Source: an uncultured Acidobacteriaceae bacterium
GTDB lineage: Bacteria; Acidobacteriota; Terriglobia; Terriglobales; Acidobacteriaceae
Length of the DNA: 64,000 nt
Reading direction: 5' to 3'
Assembly (NCBI GenBank): GCA_963771625.1
Contig: CAVYUE010000020.1
Span: forward strand, 4,067 to 68,066
Shown here: one piece after another, positions 22,354 to 34,624 of the stretch
Position numbering within the stretch: position 1 is the first letter of the stretch
Layout: each line of letters starts with the position of its first letter
Program-made: the position numbers and the translations under genes
The notes under the pieces: model-generated
Told to the model about the DNA's origin: nothing
Seen by the model: the letters and a program-made list of their open reading frames with translations, nothing else
The model's database searches: none

Positions 22354-24162
22354 CTAGGCGAAGACGAGGTTGAGGGCGATGAGCATGGCGAGTGACAACG
22401 ACGCCGAGGGTTGCGGGTTTCTGGTACCAGTTCAGATGAGTGTCGATGGGCTTTGGGGTGAGGGAGTAGACGAGGCCTACGAGTTCGGCCTCGGGGCGTG
22501 GCTCCGTTGCGAGTGAGACCGCGATGGTGACGAGCAGATTGACGGTGAAGGCGAAGATGGCAGTCCAGAAGTTTTGGGCCATGTCGCTGGGGTAGTGGTG
22601 GACGATGGCGATCCAGCCGCCGTGGATGCCGGGGTGGGCGTCGGTGGGGAGGGTGAGGCCGTGGTGGACGAGGGCGGCTCCGGTTCCGGCGAGAAGGCCG
22701 GTGAAGGCTCCGTGGCCGGTGGTGCGCTTCCAGAACATGCCGAGAAGGAAAGTGGCGAAGAGGGGCGCGTTGACGATGGAGAAGACGAGTTGGAGCGCGT
22801 CCATGATGTTGTTGAAGTTGGTGACGATGTACGCGGCCGCGACGGATAGCGCGACCCCGCCTATGGTGGCCATACGGCCCATCCAGAGGTAGTGGGCGTC
22901 AGTGCCCTTCTTGTTGATGTAGGCCTGGTAGATGTCGTAGGTCCAGACGGTGTTGAAGGCGGTGACGTTGCCGGCCATGCCGGACATGAAGCTGGCGAGG
23001 AGAGCGGTCAGGCCTAGGCCGAGGATGCCGGTTGGGAAGAAGTGGAGGAGCATGACCGGGATGGCGAGGTCGTAGTTGTAGACGGGCTCTCCGCTGCTGT
23101 CGAGGACGGGCTTACCGCTGAGGGGGTCGGTCTTCTGAGGGATGATGCCGTGGGGATGCTGCTCGTCAGGGGGAGTGGTGTGCCGTTGGGCGCTAGGGTG
23201 GAGATCGCTACGTTGGGGGTGCCGGCTCCGGCCATGTGGCTGGTGACCGTGACGGCGATGAGGCCGGGCATGATGACCAGGAAGGGGAAGAACATCTTCG
23301 GGATGGCGGCGATGAGGGGGACGCGCCGGGCGGAGACCTCGGAGTCTGCAGCCATGGCGCGCTGGATGACAAGGAAGTCGGTACACCAGTATCCGAAAGA
23401 GAGGACGAAGCCGAGGCCCATGGCTAAGCCGACCCATTCGACGCCGAGGGTGTTGGTGGATGCGTGGGCCATGCCACGCCAGGAGTGGGTCATGTTAGCG
23501 GGGAGGGTGTGCTTGATTCCCTGCCAGCCGCCAACGTTGCGGAGGCCGATCCAGACAAGAGGAGCGAAGCCGGCGACGATGAGGAAGAACTGAAGGACTT
23601 CGTTGTAGATGGCGCTGGTGAGGCCGCCGAGAAAGATATAGCCGAGGACGATGATTGCCGATAAGAAGACTGAGACGTGGAAGATGTAGGCGTCGGGGAT
23701 GACGCCGTGGAGGAGGCCGAGGGTCTGGATGAGGAGTGCCATCGCGTACATGGAGATGCCCGAGCTGAGGACGGTCATGATGGCGAAGGTGAAGGCGTTG
23801 ACGGCGCGAGTCTTCTCGTCAAAGCGCATGCGGAGGTACTCGGGTACGGATCGCGCCTTGGAGCCGTAGTAGAAGGGCATCATGAAGATGCCGACGAAGA
23901 CCATGGCGGGGATGGCACCAATCCAGTAGAAGTGGCTGGTGATGATGCCGTACTTCGCGCCAGAGGCGCCCATGCCGATGACTTCCTGGGCGCCGAGGTT
24001 GGCGGAGATGAAGGCGAGGCCGCAGACCCAGGCGGGGATGGAGCGCCCGGCGAGGAAGAAGTCGTTCGAGGTGCGCATGTAGCGCTTGAGGGCGAAGCCG
24101 ATGCCCAGAACGAAGACGAAGTAGACCAGCATGATGAGCCAGTCAATGATGGAGAGATTCAC
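22354..24162 (-). CDS. Sodium:solute symporter family protein (putative sugar); frameshifts near 23165 and 22392
   Basis: DFFLAGRS, SVPEYLRMRF, GYWCTDFLVIQRAMAA, WTYDIY; many TM helices. Confidence 0.9.
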
Positions 24163-24503
24163 GGTAACCCTTAGTGTTTACAGCAATCTGAATTGTGGTG
24201 AGCCGATGTACTGGGGCCAACTGTAAATGTTTTTTGAGTGGCCGTCCAAATGCGTCTGCATATGGAAGGCCGATATCGGACACGGATGTCTCGAACGACG
24301 CGGCAGTACGGGCTTGGATACGTCATTTGTGCTATGTCGCCAAAAAAAAATGAAACCACTACCAACGTAGAATCAGGATCATGCATCCCACTTGAGGTCG
24401 AATTGTTCCAATCATCTCTGCTCGAACAGAGAACGAACGCTTAGCAAGAGGTGTACGAGTGAATTTATTGGCAGATTCTCCCTTGGAGCAAACGGTTTCC
24501 CGG

Positions 24504-24919
24504 ATGGCAGCGACTCTTCTTCTCATTGACGATAATGCTGTGCAGGCGGCGACGCGGCAGACGATTTTGAAACGGGCTGGATACTTCGTGATTGCTGCGT
24601 TGAACCCATCTCGGGCGCTGGAACAGTTTCAGAGCGGAGATTATCCTGCGGAGATCCGGTTGGTGATCACGGACCACCTGATGCCGGGCTGAATGGCGCG
24701 GATTTTGTTCGGGCTCTGCGCAAAACACATCCAACGCTGCCGGTGATGGTGATTAGCGGTTTGGAAGAGGCCGAGCAGGAGTACGACGGGTTGGATGTGA
24801 CCTTCCGCATGAAGCCGCTGCTGCCGGATCAGCTGCTGGCGACTGTGCACGGCTGGTGCAAGAGAGCCCTGATTCGGTGCTGCCACCAATCAATTAGTGT
24901 GTTCAAAGGTGTCCGGTAA
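24504..24919 (+). CDS. Single-domain response regulator; frameshift near 24690, end uncertain
   Basis: LLIDDN, VITDHLMPG, then (M)NGADFV..PVMVISG..MKP in the next frame. Confidence 0.8.
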
Positions 24920-24987
24920 ACGATGACCCCATCGAATGGTTGATTGCTGTTACCCGCTGCCCTTGAGAGAATAGGGTCGAGGAATAC

Positions 24988-27058
24988 ATGCGACTGCATC
25001 CGATGCCGGAGTTTGGTAGTTTTACGCTATTGCTGGCCCTGGCGCTGAGTGTCTACACGTTGGTGATGGGTGGCGTGGCGTTGTGGCGCACGCGCGGGCT
25101 TTCGGCAGGGGTGGATGGTGGCGCGGGGCGGCTGGGTGAGACGGCTCGGCGAGCTGGGATTAGCAGCTTTGTGGCGTTGAGTTGCGCGGCGTTTGCGCTG
25201 GTGTGGGCTTCGTTTACGAATGACTATTCGGTCTCGTACATTCTGCACCACACCAATCGTGATCTGAATACGGCTTACAAGTTTTCGGCGCTGTGGTCGG
25301 GGCAGGAGGGCTCGCTGCTGCTGTGGGCGTGGCTGCTTTAGGCGTACGGATTTGTGTTGCGGATGCGGCACCGGGTGGATGTGAGGCTGTCGGCGTTTGC
25401 TTCGACGATTCTGGCGGGGATTCAGGTTTTCTTTTTGCTGCTGCTGAACTTTGCGGCGCCGCCGTTTGCGATTCAGCCGGGGCCGGTGGCGACGGATGGA
25501 TTTGGGTTGAATCCGCTGCTGCAGTATCCGGAGATGGTGATTCATCCGCCGATGCTTTATCTGGGGTATGTGGGGTTTTCGGTGCCGTTTGCGTTTGCGC
25601 TGGGCGCGCTGATGATGCGGTATCCGGGCGAGAAGTGGATTCACATTACTCGGCGCTGGACGATGGTGACGTGGCTGTTTTTGACGTGCGGGATTTTTCT
25701 CGGAGCGCACTGGGCTTATAGCGTGCTGGGCTGGGGCGGCTACTGGGGTTGGGATCCGGTGGAGAATGCGAGCCTGATGCCGTGGCTGACGGGGACGGCG
25801 TTTCTGCACTCGGTGATGATGCAGGAGAAGCGCGGGATGATGAAGAGCTGGAACGTGTGGCTGATCTTCTCGACGTTCATGCTGACGATTCTGGGGACGC
25901 TGCTGACGCGGTCGGGGATTGTGAGTTCGGTGCATGCGTTTGCGCAGAGTTCGATCGGCGATTGGTTTTATGGGTTCATCCTGATTGTGTTTGCGGTGTG
26001 CCTGTTTACGTTCTTCAAGCAGAGGGATCATTTGAAGTCGGAGAACAGGCTGGAGTCGCTGGTGAGTCGCGAGTCGAGCTTTCTGTTCAACAACCTGATT
26101 CTGCTGGCGGCGTGTTTTACGGTGCTGTGGGGGACGCTGTTCCCGGTTCTGTCGGAGTACGTGCAGGGAACGAAGGTTACGATGGGGGCTCCGTTTTATA
26201 ACCGGGTGAACCTGCCGATTGGGTTGTTTCTGTTGTTTCTGACTGGGATTGGGCCGCTGCTGGCCTGGCGGTCGACTTCGCTGCGATCGATTCGGCGGAA
26301 TTTTATTTTGCCTTCCATTGCGATGGGCGTGGCGCTGGTTGTGCTGCTGCTTGTCGGGCGTGCGGCCGTGGGAGGCGGGCGATGACATGCAGGCGTACGT
26401 TGTTTTCGCTGGTGACGTTTACGCTGGCGGCGGGTGTGATTACGGCGATTTCGGCGGAGTTTCTGCGCGGGGCTTCGGTGGTGCGGACGCAGACGGGGAA
26501 GAATCTGTTCGCTTCCACCGTGCTGCTGGTGCGGCGGAATACGCGGCGGTATGGCGGGTACATTGTTCACTTCGGGATTGTCGTGATGTTCATCGGGATT
26601 GCGGGTGGGGCGTTCAACCAATCGCATGAGCAGGAGATGGGCTTCGGCGATACGTTGAAGCTGGGACCGTATCGGCTGGTGTGCCAGAGCTTTACGCAGG
26701 ACAGCAATAAGAACTTCGACACGGAGTATGCGCTGCTGGATGTGTTCAAGGGCGGCAAGCAGATTACGCAGCTTGCGCCGGAGAAGCGGTTTTATCAGGC
26801 GAGCCAGACTTCATCGACGATGGTGGCGCTGCACTCGACGCTGGCGAGCGATTTGTATGTGATCTATGAGGGGAAGAATCCGGATACGGATCGGCCGATC
26901 ATCAAGGTGTTTCTGAATCCGCTGATGAACTGGATCTGGATTGGAGTGTTGATTGTGGTGGGAGGGACGTTCCTGGCACTGGTGCCGAACCTGACACGGA
27001 CATCGGCACGGGTTGTTGCTGAGACGCCGATGGTTGAGCTGAGGTCCACCATGTTTAG
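24988..27058 (+). CDS. ccmF: Cytochrome c heme lyase CcmF/NrfE; in-frame TAG at 25339 and frameshifts near 26355 and 27035
   Basis: WSGQEGSLLLW, GLNPLLQ, IHPPMLYLGY, WGGYWGWDPVEN (WWD domain), SVHAFA, GGYIVHFG. Confidence 0.93.
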
Positions 27059-27526
27059 TCTTTCGTTCCGTCGTTGGATGCAGGCTGGGATGGTTTGTCT
27101 GCTGGCGGTGGTGATGCTGGGGGCTACTCCGTCGTCGCGGTTCGAAAAGGTTGGGCACGAGATGATGTGCGCTTGCGGGTGCGGGCAGATATTGCTGGAG
27201 TGCAACCACGTGGGGTGCCCGGACTCCGACAGGATGATTGGGGAGCTGCGCGCGCAGGTGGCTGGCGGAGGGTCGGACAGTGCGATCATGAATTGGTTTG
27301 TGGCGAAGTATGGCGCCACCATCTTGGCGGCTCCGATTCGTGGCGGGTTCGATAATGTGGCGTGGATTACGCCGATGGCGGTGTTCTTTCTGGCTACGCT
27401 GGGGACGGGATTCTGATTCGGATGTGGAAGCTGCGATCGGGACGGCAGCTTCCGGTGAGCGCTGCGGGACCGAGTGTTGATGGGGATGCGTTGCGAGAGC
27501 GGATTCGGCGGGAGACGGAGTACTGA
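27051..27526 (+). CDS. ccmH: CcmH-like cytochrome c biogenesis protein; frameshifted near 27415
   Basis: Signal peptide, CACGC..CNHVGC, FVAKYG..ILAAP, AWITP TM, ERIRRETEY*; overlaps the ccmF stop. Confidence 0.75.
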
Positions 27527-27819
27527 TGGGCATGATTGCGGGAGTGGTGCTGACGTTTGCGTTGTTCGTGTTCATCTTCTGGCCGGAGAGAAATCCTTTT
27601 GTGCAGGCGGACAAGACGCGGGTGGATTATCTGCGGGAGCGGAAGGATGTCATCTATGAAAATCTGCGGGATTTGAACTTCGAGTTTCTCGCGGGCAAGT
27701 ATCCGGAGCAGGACTATGCGGAACAGCGGGCGGGGCTGGAAGATGAGGCGGCGAGGGTGATCGCTGAGATGGATGCGCTGGAGTCGCGGGGCGTCTTTGG
27801 GCGTAGAAGCCGGGCCTGA
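27526..27819 (+). CDS. Small membrane protein with a CcmI N-terminal-like helix
   Basis: N-terminal TM then IYENLRDLNFEFLAGKYPEQDY; TGATG overlap with ccmH. Confidence 0.7.
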   Translation: MGMIAGVVLTFALFVFIFWPERNPFVQADKTRVDYLRERKDVIYENLRDLNFEFLAGKYPEQDYAEQRAGLEDEAARVIAEMDALESRGVFGRRSRA

Positions 27820-27856
27820 CGCGGTTGATAGCGGCTGGTTTGACGTAAACTTAGGC

Positions 27857-29197
27857 GTGACCTTTTTACCTTCTTTACCTTCCTTCCTTCGACGTGTTGT
27901 TGTGGCTGCCGCGGTAACTGCGGCGCTTTCCGGCTTTGCTTTTGCCGACTCGATCACCGGTATCGTTACAAATAAGACGACGAACAAACCTGCGGCTGGC
28001 GATGATGTTGTGTTGATCCGTCTTCAACAGGGCATGCAGGAGGCCGCGCGGACCAAGACGGATGCGAAGGGCCACTTTACGCTGGATGTTCCGGATAACG
28101 GGATTCATCTGGTGCGGGTGACGCATGATAAGGCCAATTATTTTCGGCCGGCGCCTCCGGGAACGCAGTCGGTTGAGGTGGACGTTTATAACGCTGCCGC
28201 GAAGGTGAAGGGCGTGAGTAGCGAGGCCGACGTGATGCGTCTGCAGACGGATGAGAGTGGTAAGGCGCTGCACATCGTCGAGAATTTTTTTGTGAAGAAC
28301 GAGTCGAATCCGCCGATGACTCAGTTCAGCGACAGGCCGTTTGAGTTTTATCTGCCGGAGGGTGCGGTGGTGGAGGGTTCGGCTGCGTTGTCGCCGGGCG
28401 GGATGCCGGTGCAGGCTTCGCCGGTGCCATTGGGTGAGCCGAATCATTATGCGTTTATCTTTCCGATTCGGCCGGGGGAGACGCGGTTTCAGATTACGTA
28501 TCGGCTGCCCTATAGCGGGAGCTTGAAGTTTGCACCGCGCGTGATGATGCCGACGGATACGGTTGCGATCATGATGCCGAAGAGTATGACGTTCAAGCCG
28601 GGGCCGTCGGCGCCGTATACGCCGGTGACTGAGGAGACCACGGCGCAGACGTATGTGGCGCGCACGGTGCAGCCTTCGCAGGCGTTGGATTTTACGGTTT
28701 CGGGAACTGGACAGATGCCGCGGGATACGGGTGCTCCTGCTGCGGCTGGTGAGGGTGGACCGGCGGCAGGAGATGCTTCGGCGCAGGCTGGAGGGGGCGG
28801 TGCGGCGGGGACGGCGGCTAGTGATACACGGCCAGGAGGTGGGTTGGGTGTTCCGCTCGATCCTGAGGGGACCAACGATCCGTGGGCAAAGTACAAGTGG
28901 TGGATACTTGGCGGGCTGGGGTTGGTGATGGCAGTTGGCGCGGGAGTGATGCTGAAGAATGGACCGGCGCAGACTGTGGCTCCGGTGGGTGCAGGGGTGG
29001 TTGCAAGCGGGCCTGATTCTCTGCTAGCGGCGATGAAGGAAGAGCTTTTTGCGCTGGAGACCGATAAATTGCAGGGGCGGCTAACCGAGAGCGAGTATGT
29101 TGAGCAGAAGGCGGCGCTTGAGGTGGTGTTGCGACGAGCGCTTGGGCGCGGCGAACGCAGTGCCGATGCGTCTAATGTAGCGGGCCCGGTTGTTTGA
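27857..29197 (+). CDS. Membrane-anchored periplasmic protein with a carboxypeptidase regulatory-like beta domain
   Basis: Signal peptide, ITGIVTNKTT..KTDAKGHF, C-terminal TM and LFALETDKLQGRLTESEY helix. Confidence 0.75.
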   Translation: MTFLPSLPSFLRRVVVAAAVTAALSGFAFADSITGIVTNKTTNKPAAGDDVVLIRLQQGMQEAARTKTDAKGHFTLDVPDNGIHLVRVTHDKANYFRPAPPGTQSVEVDVYNAAAKVKGVSSEADVMRLQTDESGKALHIVENFFVKNESNPPMTQFSDRPFEFYLPEGAVVEGSAALSPGGMPVQASPVPLGEPNHYAFIFPIRPGETRFQITYRLPYSGSLKFAPRVMMPTDTVAIMMPKSMTFKPGPSAPYTPVTEETTAQTYVARTVQPSQALDFTVSGTGQMPRDTGAPAAAGEGGPAAGDASAQAGGGGAAGTAASDTRPGGGLGVPLDPEGTNDPWAKYKWWILGGLGLVMAVGAGVMLKNGPAQTVAPVGAGVVASGPDSLLAAMKEELFALETDKLQGRLTESEYVEQKAALEVVLRRALGRGERSADASNVAGPVV

Positions 29198-29207
29198 GGT
29201 AATCCCG

Positions 29208-30062
29208 ATGAATACGTTTAAGTCGACGCTGCTGCTGGTGCTGTTGACGTTGTTTCTTATCTTCCTTGGAGACCGTGTTGGCGGGCGTAATGGGATGCTG
29301 CTGGCGTTCGTCATCTCTGTTGCCTTCAACTTCGGAACTTACTTCTTCTCGGACAAGCTGGCGTTGAAGATGTACAACGCGCAGCCGGTGACGCGGGAAC
29401 AGCTGCCACGGGCGTACGCAGCGGTGGAGAGATTGACCGCGAAGCAGGGGCTGCCGATGCCGAAGATCTATGTGCTGCCGACGGAGTCTCCGAATGCGTT
29501 TGCTACGGGACGAAACCCGCAACATGCTTCGGTGGCGGTTACACATGGAATACTTCAACTGTTGGATGATGAGGAGCTCGAGGGCGTGCTCGCGCATGAA
29601 CTGGGGCATGTGCGGAATAGAGATATTCTGACGAGCTCGATTGCGGCGACGCTTGCCGGGGCGATCACGATGGTTGCGCGGATGGGGTATTGGGCTTCCC
29701 TGTTCGGCGGCGGCGGTGGTGGGCGCGGACGGGAGCGTGGCGGTGGCGGGATGGGTGGACTGCTGATGATTATCGTGGCGCCGATTGCGGCATCGCTGAT
29801 TCAGTTGTGGATCTCGCGTACGCGGGAGTTTGAGGCGGATGCGACGGGGGCGGCGACGACGGGAAATCCTTATGCGCTGGCTCGTGCGCTGCAGAAGCTG
29901 GAAGACTACTCGAAACGGATTCCGATGCAGGCTTCGCCTTCGAACGCGCATCTGTTTATTGTGGCTCCGTTGTTGGGGAGTGGAGGGATTGGGAATCTTT
30001 TTTCGACCCATCCGCCAATGAAGGAGCGTATTCAACGGTTGATTGGAAGGGACTACGTCTAG
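29208..30062 (+). CDS. htpX: Zinc metalloprotease HtpX
   Basis: PNAFATGRNP, LAHELGH, SRTREFEADA, FSTHPP. Confidence 0.95.
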   Translation: MNTFKSTLLLVLLTLFLIFLGDRVGGRNGMLLAFVISVAFNFGTYFFSDKLALKMYNAQPVTREQLPRAYAAVERLTAKQGLPMPKIYVLPTESPNAFATGRNPQHASVAVTHGILQLLDDEELEGVLAHELGHVRNRDILTSSIAATLAGAITMVARMGYWASLFGGGGGGRGRERGGGGMGGLLMIIVAPIAASLIQLWISRTREFEADATGAATTGNPYALARALQKLEDYSKRIPMQASPSNAHLFIVAPLLGSGGIGNLFSTHPPMKERIQRLIGRDYV

Positions 30063-30063
30063 G

Positions 30064-30549
30064 ATGCAGACTTTGTTGCGGGCCCTGCGGATGTTTGCGA
30101 TGGTGGCATGGGTGGGTGGGCTTGGGTTCTTTGCTTTCGTGGTTGCGCCGGTGGCTTTTCATAGTCTGCCAAGCGCGCACGAGGCTGGGATTGTTGTCGG
30201 GGGAACATTGCGGGTGCTGCATTGGATCGGGTTGGTGGGCGGCACGGTCTTCTATGTAGCGACCGGACTGTTATGGTTGCGGGCGGGCGTCACTGCGAGG
30301 CTGGGGTTTGCGATCGAGATGATTCTTACGGGCCTGATGATGGCGGTAACGTTTTACTCGCAGTTCAAGATTCTGCCGGCGATGGAGGTGGATCGCGCTC
30401 TTGCGGGGGGTGAGGTGGAGACGGCACCGTTGGATAACGCCGGGCGCGTGGACTTCGAGCGGCTGCATGTACTGTCGGAGCGTCTCGAAGGATTTGTCCT
30501 CTTTTGCGGGTTGGGCGTGGTGTTTGTGTTGTCTCGCGAGTCGCAATAG
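30064..30549 (+). CDS. DUF4149-like membrane protein
   Basis: WVGG..VAPVAF..AG, four TMs, FERLH. Confidence 0.75.
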   Translation: MQTLLRALRMFAMVAWVGGLGFFAFVVAPVAFHSLPSAHEAGIVVGGTLRVLHWIGLVGGTVFYVATGLLWLRAGVTARLGFAIEMILTGLMMAVTFYSQFKILPAMEVDRALAGGEVETAPLDNAGRVDFERLHVLSERLEGFVLFCGLGVVFVLSRESQ

Positions 30550-30673
30550 CCTGAGACAGGTAAGATTGTAAGGACATGAAAAATAGAACGATGAGTTCGC
30601 TGCGGGTTAGCGCGGCGTCTGTCTTTATGATGATGAGTGGCGATGCGTCGATCATCCGCCAGAAGGCTTAGCT

Positions 30674-31403
30674 GTGTCGGCGCTCTGGTTGAGCCTGATG
30701 TTGGGGCTGGTTGCGGGGCTGGCTGACTACCTGGGCGGGTTTCTGCTGGTGCGCCGGTCGCCTTCGGCAAGAGCGCTGCGATATTTCGTGGCTCTGGGCG
30801 CGGGCTTTATGCTTGCCGCGGCGGTGTTGGAGATGATCCCGGAGGGCATGCATGTTAACCCTCGGTTTGCTCCGTTGCTGATTCTGGCTGGGTACTGTGG
30901 GGTTCATCTGCTGGAGCATTCGCTGGTGCCGCACTTTCACTTTGGCGAAGAGACGCATCATCATGAGTTTCTTTCGGCGAAGACCAGCTACTCGGTGTTG
31001 CTGGGGCTGGCGACACATACGTTCTTCGACGGTGTGGCGATCGGGTCGGGATTTGTGTTGTCGCACTGGCTGGGATGGATTCTGTTCTTCGCGGTGTTTC
31101 TGCACAAGATTCCTGAGGGTTTTACGATGGCGAGCGTGATGCTGGCCGGTGGGCGGGGTGCGGCGATGGCGCTGAATTCGGCGCTGTTTCTGGGTGCGAT
31201 GACGGTGCTTGGAGTTCTCGTCGATTAATCTGGAGCCAAGCTGGGTGCGGGTGGGGTTACCGCTTTCTGCCGGGGTGACGATTTATGTCGCAGCGACAGA
31301 CCTGGTGCCAGAGGTGAATAGAGAGCCAGGGATCAAGATGGCTTTGGTGTTTTTTGTCGGCGTGGTGGTGTTTTTTTTGCTGAGGTTGTTGGGACCGGGA
31401 TAG
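30674..31403 (+). CDS. ZIP family metal transporter; frameshift near 31215
   Basis: [38 protein letters not shown]. Confidence 0.88.
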
Positions 31404-31418
31404 CTGCGCGCTCTGATG

Positions 31419-33911
<2,493 letters not shown>

Positions 33912-34169
33912 GAAGAATCGTTGCGTGCAATCTGCGATTAGGATTTGGTTGGCGATGCTGCTGCAAACTAGTCTTACTTTACCTGAAGGATTTCAGCATA
34001 GGGATATGACTTCTAAAGCTGTTGTTGCTTGTTGCTATTCGACCTGTTGATTCGATTCATTCTCTGCATTTAACCTCACCCTGCCGGTTTGTCATGATTT
34101 TTTTTAGATGCGAAAGAGTCATAGCACTAAGTTGGCCGGTGACAGGCACCTGAGAATTTAGGAGAGAGA

Positions 34170-34508
34170 ATGCCACGTCATTGCCTAACGCTCGATTTGA
34201 AAAAGAACGAGACTGCGATCGCGGAATATAAGCGGTATCACGTAAAGATATGGCCCGAGATAAAGCAGAGTTTGCTCGACGCGGGGATAGTCGCGATGGA
34301 GATCTATCTTCTGGGGACGCGGATGTTCATGATCATGGATGTGGACGATGCTTTTTCACTGTCAGCTAAAACGGCCGCGGATGCGGTGAATGCGAAGGTT
34401 CAGGAATGGGAGAGGACGATGCAACAGTTTCAGCAACAGTTGCCAGAGGCTCGCCACGATCAGTGGTGGATGGTGATGGACAAGATATTCAGTTTGGATG
34501 AGCAGTAG
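34170..34508 (+). CDS. L-rhamnose mutarotase family protein
   Basis: LDLK..IAEYKRYH..IWPE, MEIYL, VQEWE; GGAGA RBS. Confidence 0.85.
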   Translation: MPRHCLTLDLKKNETAIAEYKRYHVKIWPEIKQSLLDAGIVAMEIYLLGTRMFMIMDVDDAFSLSAKTAADAVNAKVQEWERTMQQFQQQLPEARHDQWWMVMDKIFSLDEQ

Positions 34509-34568
34509 AACGGGACATAATCACGCTACTGCAATAGGACAGAGTGGTACATGATGAGGAGTCAATGC

Positions 34569-34601
34569 AAAAGGCCCTGGGAGATTGTGTCCCAGGGCCT
34601 T
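34569..34601 (-). terminator. Rho-independent terminator
   Basis: AAGGCCCTGGGA/TCCCAGGGCCTT stem with an A-tract on the + strand, just after the stop of 34625..36739. Confidence 0.75.
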
Positions 34602-34624
34602 CTGGTGCTGGATGTTGCGTTGGG

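Noticed and set aside
25339-25341. In-frame TAG in ccmF as pyrrolysine or readthrough
   Set aside because: It falls at a non-catalytic TM position, no pyl genes are present, and the gene has other errors; probably a miscalled codon such as TCG
26382-27416. Apparent CcmF-CcmH fusion ORF
   Set aside because: A one-base shift near 27035 gives a natural ccmF end (AEVHHV*) overlapping the ccmH ATG, which has its own signal peptide
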